The position numbers and the translations under genes are program-made. From an uncultured delta proteobacterium (GTDB lineage: Bacteria; Desulfobacterota; Binatia; UBA9968), in contig CAWJBB010000016.1 in the NCBI GenBank assembly GCA_963840855.1, positions 1 to 56,980 on the forward strand: a stretch of 56,980 nt of DNA, written 5' to 3'. The notes under the pieces are model-generated. The model was not told the DNA's origin. It saw only the letters and a program-made list of their open reading frames with translations, and searched no databases. This document shows, piece by piece, positions 1 through 10,066 of this stretch (position 1 is its first letter; each line of letters begins with the position of its first letter).

Positions 1-42
1 TTTGTGGTTAAATGAACCAATTATTTTAAGGAGGACAGTTGC

Positions 43-1830
43 ATGGCAAAGCCAGCCCAGAAAGTAGAAACCATCAAGAAATCGGATCGGCGATGGCAAT
101 CGGATGTCATCGTCGACATGATCAAGCGCTACGGCTTCGAATACATCTCGCTGAATCCCGGCGCGAGTTATCGCGGCCTGCACGATTCGCTGGTCAATTA
201 CGGGGAGAACGATCCGCCGATGCTGCTCTGCCAGCATGAAAAGATCGCCGTGCAGATCGCCCATGGTTACGCGCGCGCCACAGGCAAGCCGATGATCGCC
301 ATCGTGCATAACCTGGTCGGCCTGCTGCACGCGCCCATGGGCATCTACTACTCTTATCTCGATCGCGCCCCGGTCTTTATCATCGGCGCCACCGGACCCA
401 TGGCCGAGCCCAAGCGCCGCCCGTTCATCGACTGGATTCATACGGCCAATGGCCAGGGCGAAGCGATCCGCAATTTCGTCAAGTGGGATTACCAGCCGAC
501 TACCGTCGACGGCGTCCCAGGCGCTTTTGCGCGCGCCTACTCGGTCATGATGAGCGCGCGCCAGGGACCGGTCTATATGGTTTACGACGCCGGCCTGCAG
601 GAAGCGCAATTGGACCATGACGTCGAGATGCCGCCCGCTGGAGCCATCGACGTTCCCACGGCCCCCGCCGCCGACCCGGTGGCGCTGGCGAAAGCCGCCG
701 ACACCCTCGCCGCCGCCAATCGCATCGCGATCATCGCCGACTTCGCCGCCCGTCCGCCGCATGGCTGGAATCATATCGTCGAGCTGGCCGAAACGCTGGG
801 CGCTTCGGTGTGGGACGTCGGCTCCCGGCTCAACTTCCCCAGCGATCATCCGCTCAACCTCACCATGGACCCGGACGGCTGCTACCAGGGCGTCGACGCC
901 GTGCTTACCCTGGACATCGCCGATTTCGAAAAGCCGACCCACGTGCGCGACATCGCCACGCGCACCGTCGTCAGCAAAGTCCAACCGAGTGCCACATGGA
1001 TCGACATCGGCTTCACCGACATCGAGATCAGTAAATGGTCGATGGACTACGCGCGTCCATTCTATGCGCAGCAACGCATGACAGCCGACCCGGTCACCGC
1101 CGCGCCGCAACTGACGAAGCTTCTCAAAGAGCGCATCGCAAAAACTCCAGGGCTCAAGGAGAAGATTGCCAAGCGCACTGAAGAAATCGGCAAACGCCAC
1201 GCAGAAACTCGCGCCAAGTGGCGCAAGCAGGCAGAAGAGCACTGGGATTCAAAGCCCATGACCGTGCCGCGCCTGGCGCTGGAAGTGTGGGACGCGATCA
1301 AAGGCGAGGACTGGGTGCTCACGGCGGGAGATCTGGGCAGCTGGGGTCACAAGCTCTGGAACTTCGACCGGCCTTATTGCCACGGCGGCCGCGAGCTCGG
1401 CACCGGCACGCAGATCGGCTTGTCCCTGGGCGTTGCTTTAGCGAATAAAGGAACGGGACGCCTCGTTGTTGACCTTCAGCCCGACGGCGATCTGATGTTC
1501 GACGCCGGCGCGCTCTGGATCGCGGCGAAGTACCAGATCCCGATGCTGGTCGTAATGTTCAACAACCGCGCCTACTACAACGATTGGAACCATCAGCTTG
1601 TTTTGGCCAGAACCCGCGGCACCGATCCCAACCGCGCGCATATCGGCATGGATCTATTCGGTCCCGATCCGGATTTCGCCGGCCTGGCGAAATCCATGGG
1701 CTGGTACTCCGAAGGACCGCTCGAAAACGCCGACGACCTCGGCCCCGCCATCAAACGCGCCATCGCGCAGGTGAAGCAAGGCAAACCCGCCCTCATCGAC
1801 GCCGTCTGCGACCGACGTAATCACGGGTAA
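43..1830 (+). CDS. Thiamine diphosphate-binding enzyme (acetolactate synthase/benzoylformate decarboxylase-like)
   Basis: 595 aa; N-terminal NPGAS and catalytic Glu in CQHEKIAV; ThDP motif DGDLMF...MFNN; SD AAGGAGG at 28-34. Confidence 0.85.
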   Translation: MAKPAQKVETIKKSDRRWQSDVIVDMIKRYGFEYISLNPGASYRGLHDSLVNYGENDPPMLLCQHEKIAVQIAHGYARATGKPMIAIVHNLVGLLHAPMGIYYSYLDRAPVFIIGATGPMAEPKRRPFIDWIHTANGQGEAIRNFVKWDYQPTTVDGVPGAFARAYSVMMSARQGPVYMVYDAGLQEAQLDHDVEMPPAGAIDVPTAPAADPVALAKAADTLAAANRIAIIADFAARPPHGWNHIVELAETLGASVWDVGSRLNFPSDHPLNLTMDPDGCYQGVDAVLTLDIADFEKPTHVRDIATRTVVSKVQPSATWIDIGFTDIEISKWSMDYARPFYAQQRMTADPVTAAPQLTKLLKERIAKTPGLKEKIAKRTEEIGKRHAETRAKWRKQAEEHWDSKPMTVPRLALEVWDAIKGEDWVLTAGDLGSWGHKLWNFDRPYCHGGRELGTGTQIGLSLGVALANKGTGRLVVDLQPDGDLMFDAGALWIAAKYQIPMLVVMFNNRAYYNDWNHQLVLARTRGTDPNRAHIGMDLFGPDPDFAGLAKSMGWYSEGPLENADDLGPAIKRAIAQVKQGKPALIDAVCDRRNHG

Positions 1831-1838
1831 GAACCGGA

Positions 1839-1874
1839 AGAATTCCCCACGCCGCATTAGGCGTGGGGAATTCT
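1839..1874. terminator. Perfect 15-bp hairpin downstream of the ThDP gene, probable terminator
   Basis: AGAATTCCCCACGCC-gcatta-GGCGTGGGGAATTCT, 8 nt after the stop; lacks a clear U-tract. Confidence 0.6.
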
Positions 1875-2265
1875 GCAAAACCCAATTTCCCGCTCCCCTC
1901 CCATAAACTTTATTGAATCGCAACAGAATCATCTCCCGCCCCTTTTCCAATCTCTTGCGAGAATCCTTTTTTCATTCCCTCCTATGTTTCTCCGCAGCAA
2001 ATTTGACGCCTAGGACGATTTTTTGACGATCCGGATTGAGTCTCGCTTCCTCTAAAAAAGCGGGTGTCGCGGATCAACGAATGGGAATAAGGACGATTTT
2101 CGTCCTGGACAGGCAAATTTGTGCGTTAACGGTTGAAACCATAGCGTAGTCATTGCCCTTTCCGGAATTCTTCACAGAGGCGCATCACTGAACTCGATGT
2201 TCCAACTGGTGTCAAAAGCGCCGGAACGAGTTCGCTTTGGCGCGAAAGTTCCATCCTCGCGTGTG

Positions 2266-2281
2266 CGGCATCAGCCTTGCG
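2266..2281 (+). promoter_or_regulatory. Putative sigma-54 (-24/-12) promoter
   Basis: CGGCATCAGCCTTGCG has GG-N10-GC with GGCA and TTGC, about 37 nt upstream of ATG 2318. Confidence 0.55.
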
Positions 2282-2317
2282 TTAGTTATCGCGCACATCT
2301 CTGAACGGAGGGAATCC

Positions 2318-2704
2318 ATGAAAAAAATTGTCCTCGTTATACTCATGTTTCTTTGGACCGGAGTCGATCAGGCTCAACCCGCATGGGGCAATGAATTCAA
2401 ACAACGAGAAGCGAAAATCGCCGAGTACAAAAAATGGCTTGACACCATGGGTCCGCAAGGTTCCCAATTCTGGGTGCGCCTCGACGCTCGACGGCGGCCC
2501 CACAAGCTATATCTCGGTGAAAGTTTTTATCGCGCCGATTTTCAGAGCCAAGAGCGTTTCATCGATACATTTTCGAATTATCTCGCCGGCCATCCGGAAA
2601 AGTTCATGCTGATAGATCTTTTCGATGCCGACACGAACAAGCCGGTAGGCGAGTACGGATTTGGCGGGTTTAAACTTTACGCCAAGCAGGCACGCGCCGG
2701 GTGA
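2318..2704 (+). CDS. Hypothetical exported protein (128 aa)
   Basis: SD GGAGG then ATG 2318; MKKIVLVILMFLW...AWG looks like a signal peptide; no family recognised. Confidence 0.7.
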   Translation: MKKIVLVILMFLWTGVDQAQPAWGNEFKQREAKIAEYKKWLDTMGPQGSQFWVRLDARRRPHKLYLGESFYRADFQSQERFIDTFSNYLAGHPEKFMLIDLFDADTNKPVGEYGFGGFKLYAKQARAG

Positions 2705-3353
2705 AGTTACAACGTTAAAATCAATAAGCGCCCAAGGGCGCGGGATTAGGTCACGCAAAGCCGTGCCTTTTCGCCGCGCCTTGAGACCGGCAATGATCGA
2801 ACCAAGAACTTCGGTGCCCGAGCTGCCGAGGCCTGCTAACCTGGTTAGCCGCGCGCAATCTTAGACTTTTAAGCCGAAGCCGCCGTTCGAGAGCAGCGAC
2901 GATTAGATCCTGCGCTCAAACACGCGCGAGCGAGTCAGACGACCCGAGCCCACCCCATTGAGTCGTTTGCAACAGCGCAAAACACCCCCAAAGCATAAGT
3001 CCCTACCTCTCCCCGCGGCCTTTCCTCTAAAACGAACCGAAAGGCCTGAATCGCCCTATGGTGAACTGTGAAGACGCGAACCCAGCCATTGCTGGAGCAA
3101 CGGTCATTTAGATGAAAACGACGCGCTCCAGCAACAACAAAGCAAGCTCTTGGGCACAATTTGCATTTGACCGGCACCATCGAAGGATCTGCTTCAAGTA
3201 AGGCAAGGTGATCAGTCCTCGGCGCATCTCGCCTTTCGGCGATTTGGCGCTGGACTTAACGCCTCAATAGTAGCACACTCGGGGTGCTTGTTCCGGTCAT
3301 GTCCTGGGAACCGAGTTTCAAAAGCAGAATGGAAAGCTACAAAGCCCACAGCA

Positions 3354-4919
3354 ATGAAACGACTGAAAATCTGCCTCATTAATCCTAAATTCGAGCCGTC
3401 CTATTGGGGGTTCGACTACGCGCTGCCGCTCTACCCGGGAGACAAGCGATGCACGATGATCACCGGCGCGTTGCCCCATCTCGCCGGTTTGATCCCCGAT
3501 CATGAGGTTGTTCTTCTGGATGAAAATGTCGAGGAGATCGATTTCGCCGCCCTCACGAGCTTCGACATCGTCGGTGTGACGGGAATGATCGTTCAAAAAG
3601 CGCGAATGCGAGAGATTTTGGAGCGGCTGCGCGAGCTGAAAATCTTCACCGTCGTGGGCGGCGCCTACGCTTCGGTGAACGAAGCCTACTTCGACGGTCT
3701 GTGCGACGTGCTATTTTCCGGCGAGGCCGACGAGACCTGGCCCGCGTTCGTCGATTGTTTCGCGTCAGGCAAGAATTTTGATAATTTTTACAAGCAGGCG
3801 AATCCAACGGATATGACCAAAGTGCCGAAGGCCCGCTTTGATCTGCTGAAGGTAAGCCGTTACGCCTCCGGCGCGCTGCAGTTTTCCCGCGGCTGCCCGT
3901 TCCGCTGCGAGTTCTGCGATATTATCGTCACATTCGGCCGGCGACCGCGCATGAAAAGACCGGAACAGGTCGTGGAAGAGCTCGAAGATATGCGTAACGC
4001 CGGATTTTTCTCGTGCTTTATCGTCGACGATAACTTCATCGGCAACAAGAAGGCCGCCAAGGAACTGCTCCGGCTCATCATCGCGTGGCAAGAGAAGAAC
4101 TCGTATCCGCTGCGTCTGACCACCGAAGCGAGCATCAATCTCGCCGACGATGCCGAATTGCTTGAGCTTCTCTATCGAGCGAATTTTCGATCCGTCTTTA
4201 TCGGCATTGAGTCTCCGCGGCGCGAGTCCCTGCAGGAGACGAAGAAGCTGCAGAACACTTCAGGAGATTCACTTGAGGCGAAACTAACGCGTATTCGCAA
4301 CACGGGTCTGGAGGTCAGCGCGGGCTTTATCGTCGGCTTTGACAACGACGATGGGACAATCTTCGAGGATCAGTTTCGCTTCATTCAAGACAACGGAATA
4401 CTTCTGGCGATGGTTGGCATGCTGGTTGCCGTGCCCAAAACTCCTTTGTACGAGCGTCTTGAAAAGGAAAAGCGGTTGCGGCTCGACGACGTCAATTGCA
4501 ACATCGTCCCTGCCCAAATGTCGCCGGCGGAGCTCCGCAACGGATATTGGCATCTGCTCGAACGGCTCTACACACCGGAAAACTTCTTGGACCGCTATTT
4601 TCGCCAGTTTCGTGAACCCGATTTTTTTCGCAGACGCGCTGATATTGCCGCGAAGATGACCGGCAGCCACAGTGCCGTCAAAACCCTTCTCTATGGATTC
4701 ATACTCACGTGGAATCTGTTCTGGACGTTGCTGCGCGACGGCAGTTTGAAAAAAATCGGCCGGGTGTACCTGCGCTATTTCTTTGAGCACAGCATGCGTT
4801 ATCAGCGCGGCATTGTTGGCTTTGCCCAATTCATGAATCGCTGCGCCACCCACTGGCACTTTTATAGATTCACCCGCGAAGCAACCGCCGGCAATCTTCG
4901 GCTCTATAATTCAGGATGA
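3354..4919 (+). CDS. B12-binding radical SAM protein (class B methyltransferase-like, HpnP/DUF4070-related)
   Basis: N-terminal cobalamin-binding domain (LLDENV, VVGGAYAS); CxxxCxxC in RGCPFRCEFCD; VDDNFIGN; FIGIES; start placed at MKRLKI. Confidence 0.85.
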   Translation: MKRLKICLINPKFEPSYWGFDYALPLYPGDKRCTMITGALPHLAGLIPDHEVVLLDENVEEIDFAALTSFDIVGVTGMIVQKARMREILERLRELKIFTVVGGAYASVNEAYFDGLCDVLFSGEADETWPAFVDCFASGKNFDNFYKQANPTDMTKVPKARFDLLKVSRYASGALQFSRGCPFRCEFCDIIVTFGRRPRMKRPEQVVEELEDMRNAGFFSCFIVDDNFIGNKKAAKELLRLIIAWQEKNSYPLRLTTEASINLADDAELLELLYRANFRSVFIGIESPRRESLQETKKLQNTSGDSLEAKLTRIRNTGLEVSAGFIVGFDNDDGTIFEDQFRFIQDNGILLAMVGMLVAVPKTPLYERLEKEKRLRLDDVNCNIVPAQMSPAELRNGYWHLLERLYTPENFLDRYFRQFREPDFFRRRADIAAKMTGSHSAVKTLLYGFILTWNLFWTLLRDGSLKKIGRVYLRYFFEHSMRYQRGIVGFAQFMNRCATHWHFYRFTREATAGNLRLYNSG

Positions 4920-4982
4920 GCACGGCCGGCTTGGCGAGAGGACTTTTCGCCGCCAACCTTTTGGCCATCGTTGGCAGATAAT

Positions 4983-5017
4983 AAAAAGCCCCGTGCCGTA
5001 GGACGGCGCGGGGCTTT
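4983..5017. terminator. Intrinsic terminator, probably bidirectional
   Basis: AAAAAGCCCCGTGCCGT-agg-ACGGCGCGGGGCTTT between convergent genes. Confidence 0.8.
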
Positions 5018-5075
5018 CGCACAAGTTGCATTTGTTACTTATCGGCTATCTTGCGCGCAGCGTCAACCAGTGTTT

Positions 5076-6236
5076 CTAGGTGTCGCGCTCGCTGGTCGGC
5101 CCGACCTCACCACTACACCAGGGCACAAACGCTTTCATCTTGCACGTTGCGCCGTGGTCTTTGAGCTCGTTCTCGAAGATCCGATGAATCTCGCGGTCTT
5201 CGTCCTCGTACTCGATCTGCCAGCCGCCTTCCTTGAGGCTTCGGTCGGCGTACTCGCCGCCGCCACCGCGGCCATAGTAGAGTCCCATGTCGCCCGGTCG
5301 CAGCGCGAGGTAGCGGGCTCTAGTCGTTCCGGAATTAAAGTGCTGATGATAGCAGTTGTCGTTTGGAACGGTGACCATCGAGCCCACCTGCCAGTCGCAC
5401 TTGATCATGTCGGAGCGGTCTTCCTTGGTCCAGATCAAGGAGTAGCCGCCGGTGCCGCTGAGCAGCACGAGGTGCGCGCCCGGGCCGTGGCGATGGGCCT
5501 TCTTGTACGTGCCGATGGGAAACTCGGAAATGTGGCTCTTGGTATTGTTATTGGCCATCTCCAGCATGGCATTGATCCCGCCGGCGCCCCGCTCCTTCCA
5601 TCCATACAACAGCATGTCGGGGGCGTTGGCGATGAAGTTGGACTCCCAGATGCGCCGATTGAACAGCTTGCCTTTGCCGCTGAAGTAGTCCTCCTCGCCG
5701 GCGTAGCGGGAGGTGAACATGTAATTATTGTCGAAAATGAATTCGTTGTCGCGGAAAAGCCGCATCATAGGAGGCGCGTTAGTGACGGCGATATAGCGGG
5801 TCGGCTCCTGGCCACTGCCGTTGAAATTCTGGTACCACGCGTTGAGCGGAATCGAAAAGAGGCTTCCCGCCTGCCACTCAAAACTGCTCTTGTGTTTTTC
5901 ATCTTGCCAGATCGTCGTTGCGCCGCGGCCCGATACCACGTAGATCGAGAGCTCGTACATATGGTGTTCCGGCTCTGATTTGCCCCCGGGCTTTATCTCG
6001 ACGACGTGACAGTCATTGGGCATGTGGCGATTGGAGATGTGGACGACCGCGCCACTGCCGCCTTTGCGCTCCCATGGTCCGAGTTCAATGTTCGCTAAAC
6101 TTGGAAAGTAAAACTCCTCATGGACTTTCACTCCTTCTTTCTTCAGCCATTCCCCGTATGGGTCAGTCTTAGCGTAATCTTTAAGACCCTCTTTGGGGGT
6201 CTCGGCGACTTTCATGTCTGTGCCTAGCATTACCAC
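5076..6236 (-). CDS. Bicupin protein (gentisate 1,2-dioxygenase-like cupin family)
   Basis: Two cupin motifs (EHHMYE...VSGRG; HRHGPG...HQHFN); SD GGAGG upstream of the GTG. Confidence 0.75.
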   Translation of the reverse strand: MVMLGTDMKVAETPKEGLKDYAKTDPYGEWLKKEGVKVHEEFYFPSLANIELGPWERKGGSGAVVHISNRHMPNDCHVVEIKPGGKSEPEHHMYELSIYVVSGRGATTIWQDEKHKSSFEWQAGSLFSIPLNAWYQNFNGSGQEPTRYIAVTNAPPMMRLFRDNEFIFDNNYMFTSRYAGEEDYFSGKGKLFNRRIWESNFIANAPDMLLYGWKERGAGGINAMLEMANNNTKSHISEFPIGTYKKAHRHGPGAHLVLLSGTGGYSLIWTKEDRSDMIKCDWQVGSMVTVPNDNCYHQHFNSGTTRARYLALRPGDMGLYYGRGGGGEYADRSLKEGGWQIEYEDEDREIHRIFENELKDHGATCKMKAFVPWCSGEVGPTSERDT

Positions 6237-6387
6237 GGTTGAAACCCTCCTCTATCTGAAAATGAAAGAACTTCGCTTTAGGCAGTCCGCTCCTGCGAAT
6301 CCAGGCCTTGGTATGAACGACCGGCATGCTGCTCTATGCTCAAAAGCCCGGGTCGGCTGGAGCTATGGAGTAACTCCCTGATTTGCC

Positions 6388-6473
6388 AATATCCGATATA
6401 GGCTATTTTTGTCAATGAGCAGGACATAAAAGATGGCTTTGACTTGACGGCTGATTCCAGGCGGCACTATAAA
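6388..6473. promoter_or_regulatory. Divergent sigma-70-like promoters
   Basis: Minus strand TTGACA (6415-6410) with a weak -10; plus strand TTGACG (6444)-N18-TATAAA (6468). Confidence 0.4.
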
Positions 6474-6551
6474 TGGAGGCATCCGCCTGGTTTGCATCCC
6501 GAGAAATCCAATAACTGGCGCAATAAGTTTTGCGCAAAACAGGGAGGTTTT

Positions 6552-7574
6552 ATGTCTAAGGGTTACGTTGATGCCGATGGTCATGTCATGGAGGACGCCG
6601 AGGATGTACTCAAGTTTGTGCGCCCGCCGTTCAACAACCGCGGCACGCGCAACTGGATACCGAGCCTTGACCACTTTCACACCCCGGCGGATGGCACGCC
6701 GCGCACCCCGGGCACTTTCGATCCCAGCACCGGGCCGGAGCAATGGCTTGATTTTCTCGGCAAAACGGAGACTGATTACACCGTGCTATATCCCACCACC
6801 GGCTTGGCCTATGGCAATGTGGCCTATCCGGAGTGGGCGCTGGCTTATGCCCAGGGGTACAATGATTATATCCATAAGCGTTACCTCCAGCGCAGTTCTC
6901 GCTTTCAGGCTGTGTCGCTGATCCCGATGCAACATGTTCCCGACGCCGTGGCCGAGCTCCGCCGGTCGGTAAAAGATCTCGGCTTCATCGGAGCGATGAT
7001 TCCTTCGAATGGGCTGACCCGGCATGTGAGCCATCCCGAATATTGGCCGATTTATGAGGAGGCTGAAAAACTCAACTGTGTCATGGCCGTGCATGGCGGC
7101 AGCTACATTAATCTGGGCTTCAACACCTACACCGTTTTTCCTGCGACGCGCGCGCTGGGAATGCCGTTCCCGTTGGCAATCGCCATGACCGGCATGATGG
7201 TCGATGGCGTGTTCGACCGCTTTCCTAAGCTCCGCGTCGGATTTATGGAAGGCGGCACGGCGTGGATACCCCTCGTGCTCGATCGCCTCGAACGCGAACT
7301 AGAATACGGCGGGCTCAAGCTCAAGCGGCATCCCGTCGACTATTTCGCGGAGGAGCGGATCTTCGTCGGCTGCGAGGGTAACGAGAAGGCGCTGGCCTAC
7401 GCCATCGACAGGGTGGGCCCCAAGCCGTTCATGTTCGCGTCGGATTTTCCCCACGAAATCTCGATTTCTAATTGCATGGAGGAGATTGACGAGATCCTGG
7501 AGCGCGAAGATCTGAAGAAAGAGCACAAGTCGGCCATTCTCGGGGAAAATGCTCGCCGATTTTACGGGCGCTAA
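6552..7574 (+). CDS. Amidohydrolase_2 family protein (ACMSD/LigJ/LigW-like metallohydrolase or decarboxylase)
   Basis: DADGH metal motif; VLYPT; AVHG; FMEGG; FASDFPH; SD GGAGG. Confidence 0.85.
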   Translation: MSKGYVDADGHVMEDAEDVLKFVRPPFNNRGTRNWIPSLDHFHTPADGTPRTPGTFDPSTGPEQWLDFLGKTETDYTVLYPTTGLAYGNVAYPEWALAYAQGYNDYIHKRYLQRSSRFQAVSLIPMQHVPDAVAELRRSVKDLGFIGAMIPSNGLTRHVSHPEYWPIYEEAEKLNCVMAVHGGSYINLGFNTYTVFPATRALGMPFPLAIAMTGMMVDGVFDRFPKLRVGFMEGGTAWIPLVLDRLERELEYGGLKLKRHPVDYFAEERIFVGCEGNEKALAYAIDRVGPKPFMFASDFPHEISISNCMEEIDEILEREDLKKEHKSAILGENARRFYGR

Positions 7575-7650
7575 CCGGGTGCATGCTTCGAGGAAGACGC
7601 GCTATAGAGTGTCGGTCGAGAAGCAAAGCCCGGGCGGGCTATTCAACGGT

Positions 7651-7685
7651 GTTCAAAACGTTTGAAACGAATTGAACGGCGGCTG
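7651..7685. repeat. 9-bp-unit CGTTCAA-type repeat element
   Basis: Reverse complement CAGCCGCCGTTCAATTCGTTTCAAACGTTTTGAAC closely matches 40179-40231. Confidence 0.6.
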
Positions 7686-7693
7686 CAGCATAG

Positions 7694-8659
<966 letters not shown>

Positions 8660-8909
8660 TCGCTTCGCTTCATAAATTGCGCAACTTTAACATGGGCGGT
8701 GTTCAGCTGCAATCAATCGGCCTTTTTTCCTTGAAAATCATTGCTAGCGTCGGCGCGCCTTGGATGTCGCCGACTCCTCAAATTGGGCGGTCGCCTCGAG
8801 CTAGGGAGGAGCACGGCGGCCCCGACTGAGACGATCAGGTTAAAGGGCGAGCTCAAAGGGCGGGCGCTAAAGGGCTAGATAGCCTTCAGACGGCAAAAAA
8901 AGTGCTGCG

Positions 8910-9524
8910 CTAAATTTTTCCCAGCGATTTTAGATACTCCACACGCGATATTATCATTTCGCGGAGGTCGCTGCTGCCCGGCCCGCTGGGCAAATCCAGA
9001 GGAACGGCGCCTAACTGCTCGAGCTTATCGTTGAGGTTTTGCAGCTCCGAGCGAATGCTATTGTATTCTTCCAGCGACTGCCGGAAAGCAAGAGTTTTTT
9101 CATCAATTTTTTCCAGGCAGCGGTCTAGCCTGCGGATGTTTGAGTCGAAGGTTTCACGGAGATACTCGCGGTTCGCCTCGACGATTTGGAGTTGCAATGG
9201 GTGTATTTTTTGCGCGAGATCGCGTTTCATCTCTTCAAGCGCGAGGAGTAGACGCTCGTAGTATTGTTCTTGGCTCATGAGATCCTCCGGCATGCTGATG
9301 TTTGGGCCGTGGGTGATGTAACTCCGCACCAGAGATTCCGAGATTTTCCTTTTGACTGCCGCGAGAGCGACCTGGCTCGCTTGGATCTTTTCCTCGGCCA
9401 GGGCCTCGTCGGCCATAAATTTCGCCAATGTGCCGACGGAGTCTACAAGCGTCGACATAGCCTCCTGTGGGGGTGTAATGCGGGTTGGCGTACCCGTTGC
9501 GTCGTCCATGGTGTCCTCCGCCAA
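8910..9524 (-). CDS. Hypothetical coiled-coil protein
   Basis: 204 aa, helical with heptad-like Leu/Glu/Lys pattern; start uncertain (TTG 9524 or ATG 9509). Confidence 0.6.
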   Translation of the reverse strand: MAEDTMDDATGTPTRITPPQEAMSTLVDSVGTLAKFMADEALAEEKIQASQVALAAVKRKISESLVRSYITHGPNISMPEDLMSQEQYYERLLLALEEMKRDLAQKIHPLQLQIVEANREYLRETFDSNIRRLDRCLEKIDEKTLAFRQSLEEYNSIRSELQNLNDKLEQLGAVPLDLPSGPGSSDLREMIISRVEYLKSLGKI

Positions 9525-9710
9525 TGAATTTGCTTACCTTTTATCGATTCACAGGGCCCACTGCAAGGCCCCGCCGAATGCGGTGGGCCGGTGGTAAATG
9601 TATGAGGTACATTAAAGAAATCTATATATTCGAGACGTGAACGTCGCGGGCAGCGTTGAGAGAAGAAAGAATGGCGCGGCGAAAACGAGAGATTCGCCGT
9701 CCGCGGGCGG

Positions 9711-10058
9711 CTACTTCGGTTCGTTTTGTTTTTTCTCGCTAAGTTGGCGTTTCCAACTCAAAGTGCGCGATTTAGCGGCGATCTCTTCGGCCTCGGCGAT
9801 CATGCCTTTTTGTTGGTAGAAGATCGACAGACTGGTGTAGGCCAATTCATCCTCGGGCGCCACGGCGATCAATTGCTTGCCGATTTCGATGGCCTCGTCG
9901 AATTTTCCCTGGTGCGCGTAGGTCATAGCGAGCGCGTGCAACGCATCGGCATAATTGGGATCTTCCGCTAGCGCCCTTTCATAAGCGGCCACGGCCTCAT
10001 CGAGTTTTTCCTGAGCGAAAAACTCCATTCCTTGGCTGTAGTGGGCTTCTTTGCTCAC
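9711..10058 (-). CDS. Tetratricopeptide repeat protein
   Basis: TPR consensus (AVAAYERALAEDPNYADALHALAMTY). Confidence 0.8.
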   Translation of the reverse strand: MSKEAHYSQGMEFFAQEKLDEAVAAYERALAEDPNYADALHALAMTYAHQGKFDEAIEIGKQLIAVAPEDELAYTSLSIFYQQKGMIAEAEEIAAKSRTLSWKRQLSEKKQNEPK

Positions 10059-10066
10059 GGGAAGGA

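Noticed and set aside
3150-3166. Sigma-54-like TTGGGCACAATTTGCA
   Set aside because: GG-to-GC spacing is 8-9 nt, not the required 10
2705-3353. Cobalamin riboswitch upstream of the B12-binding enzyme
   Set aside because: I could not find the conserved GGGAA...GCCCCCGCAACTGT or GCCACTG elements; an Rfam scan would be decisive
8708-8723. Minus-strand AGGCCGATTGATTGCA as a sigma-54 promoter for the desaturase
   Set aside because: Spacing is right but the -24 box is a poor match to TGGCAC, too weak to call
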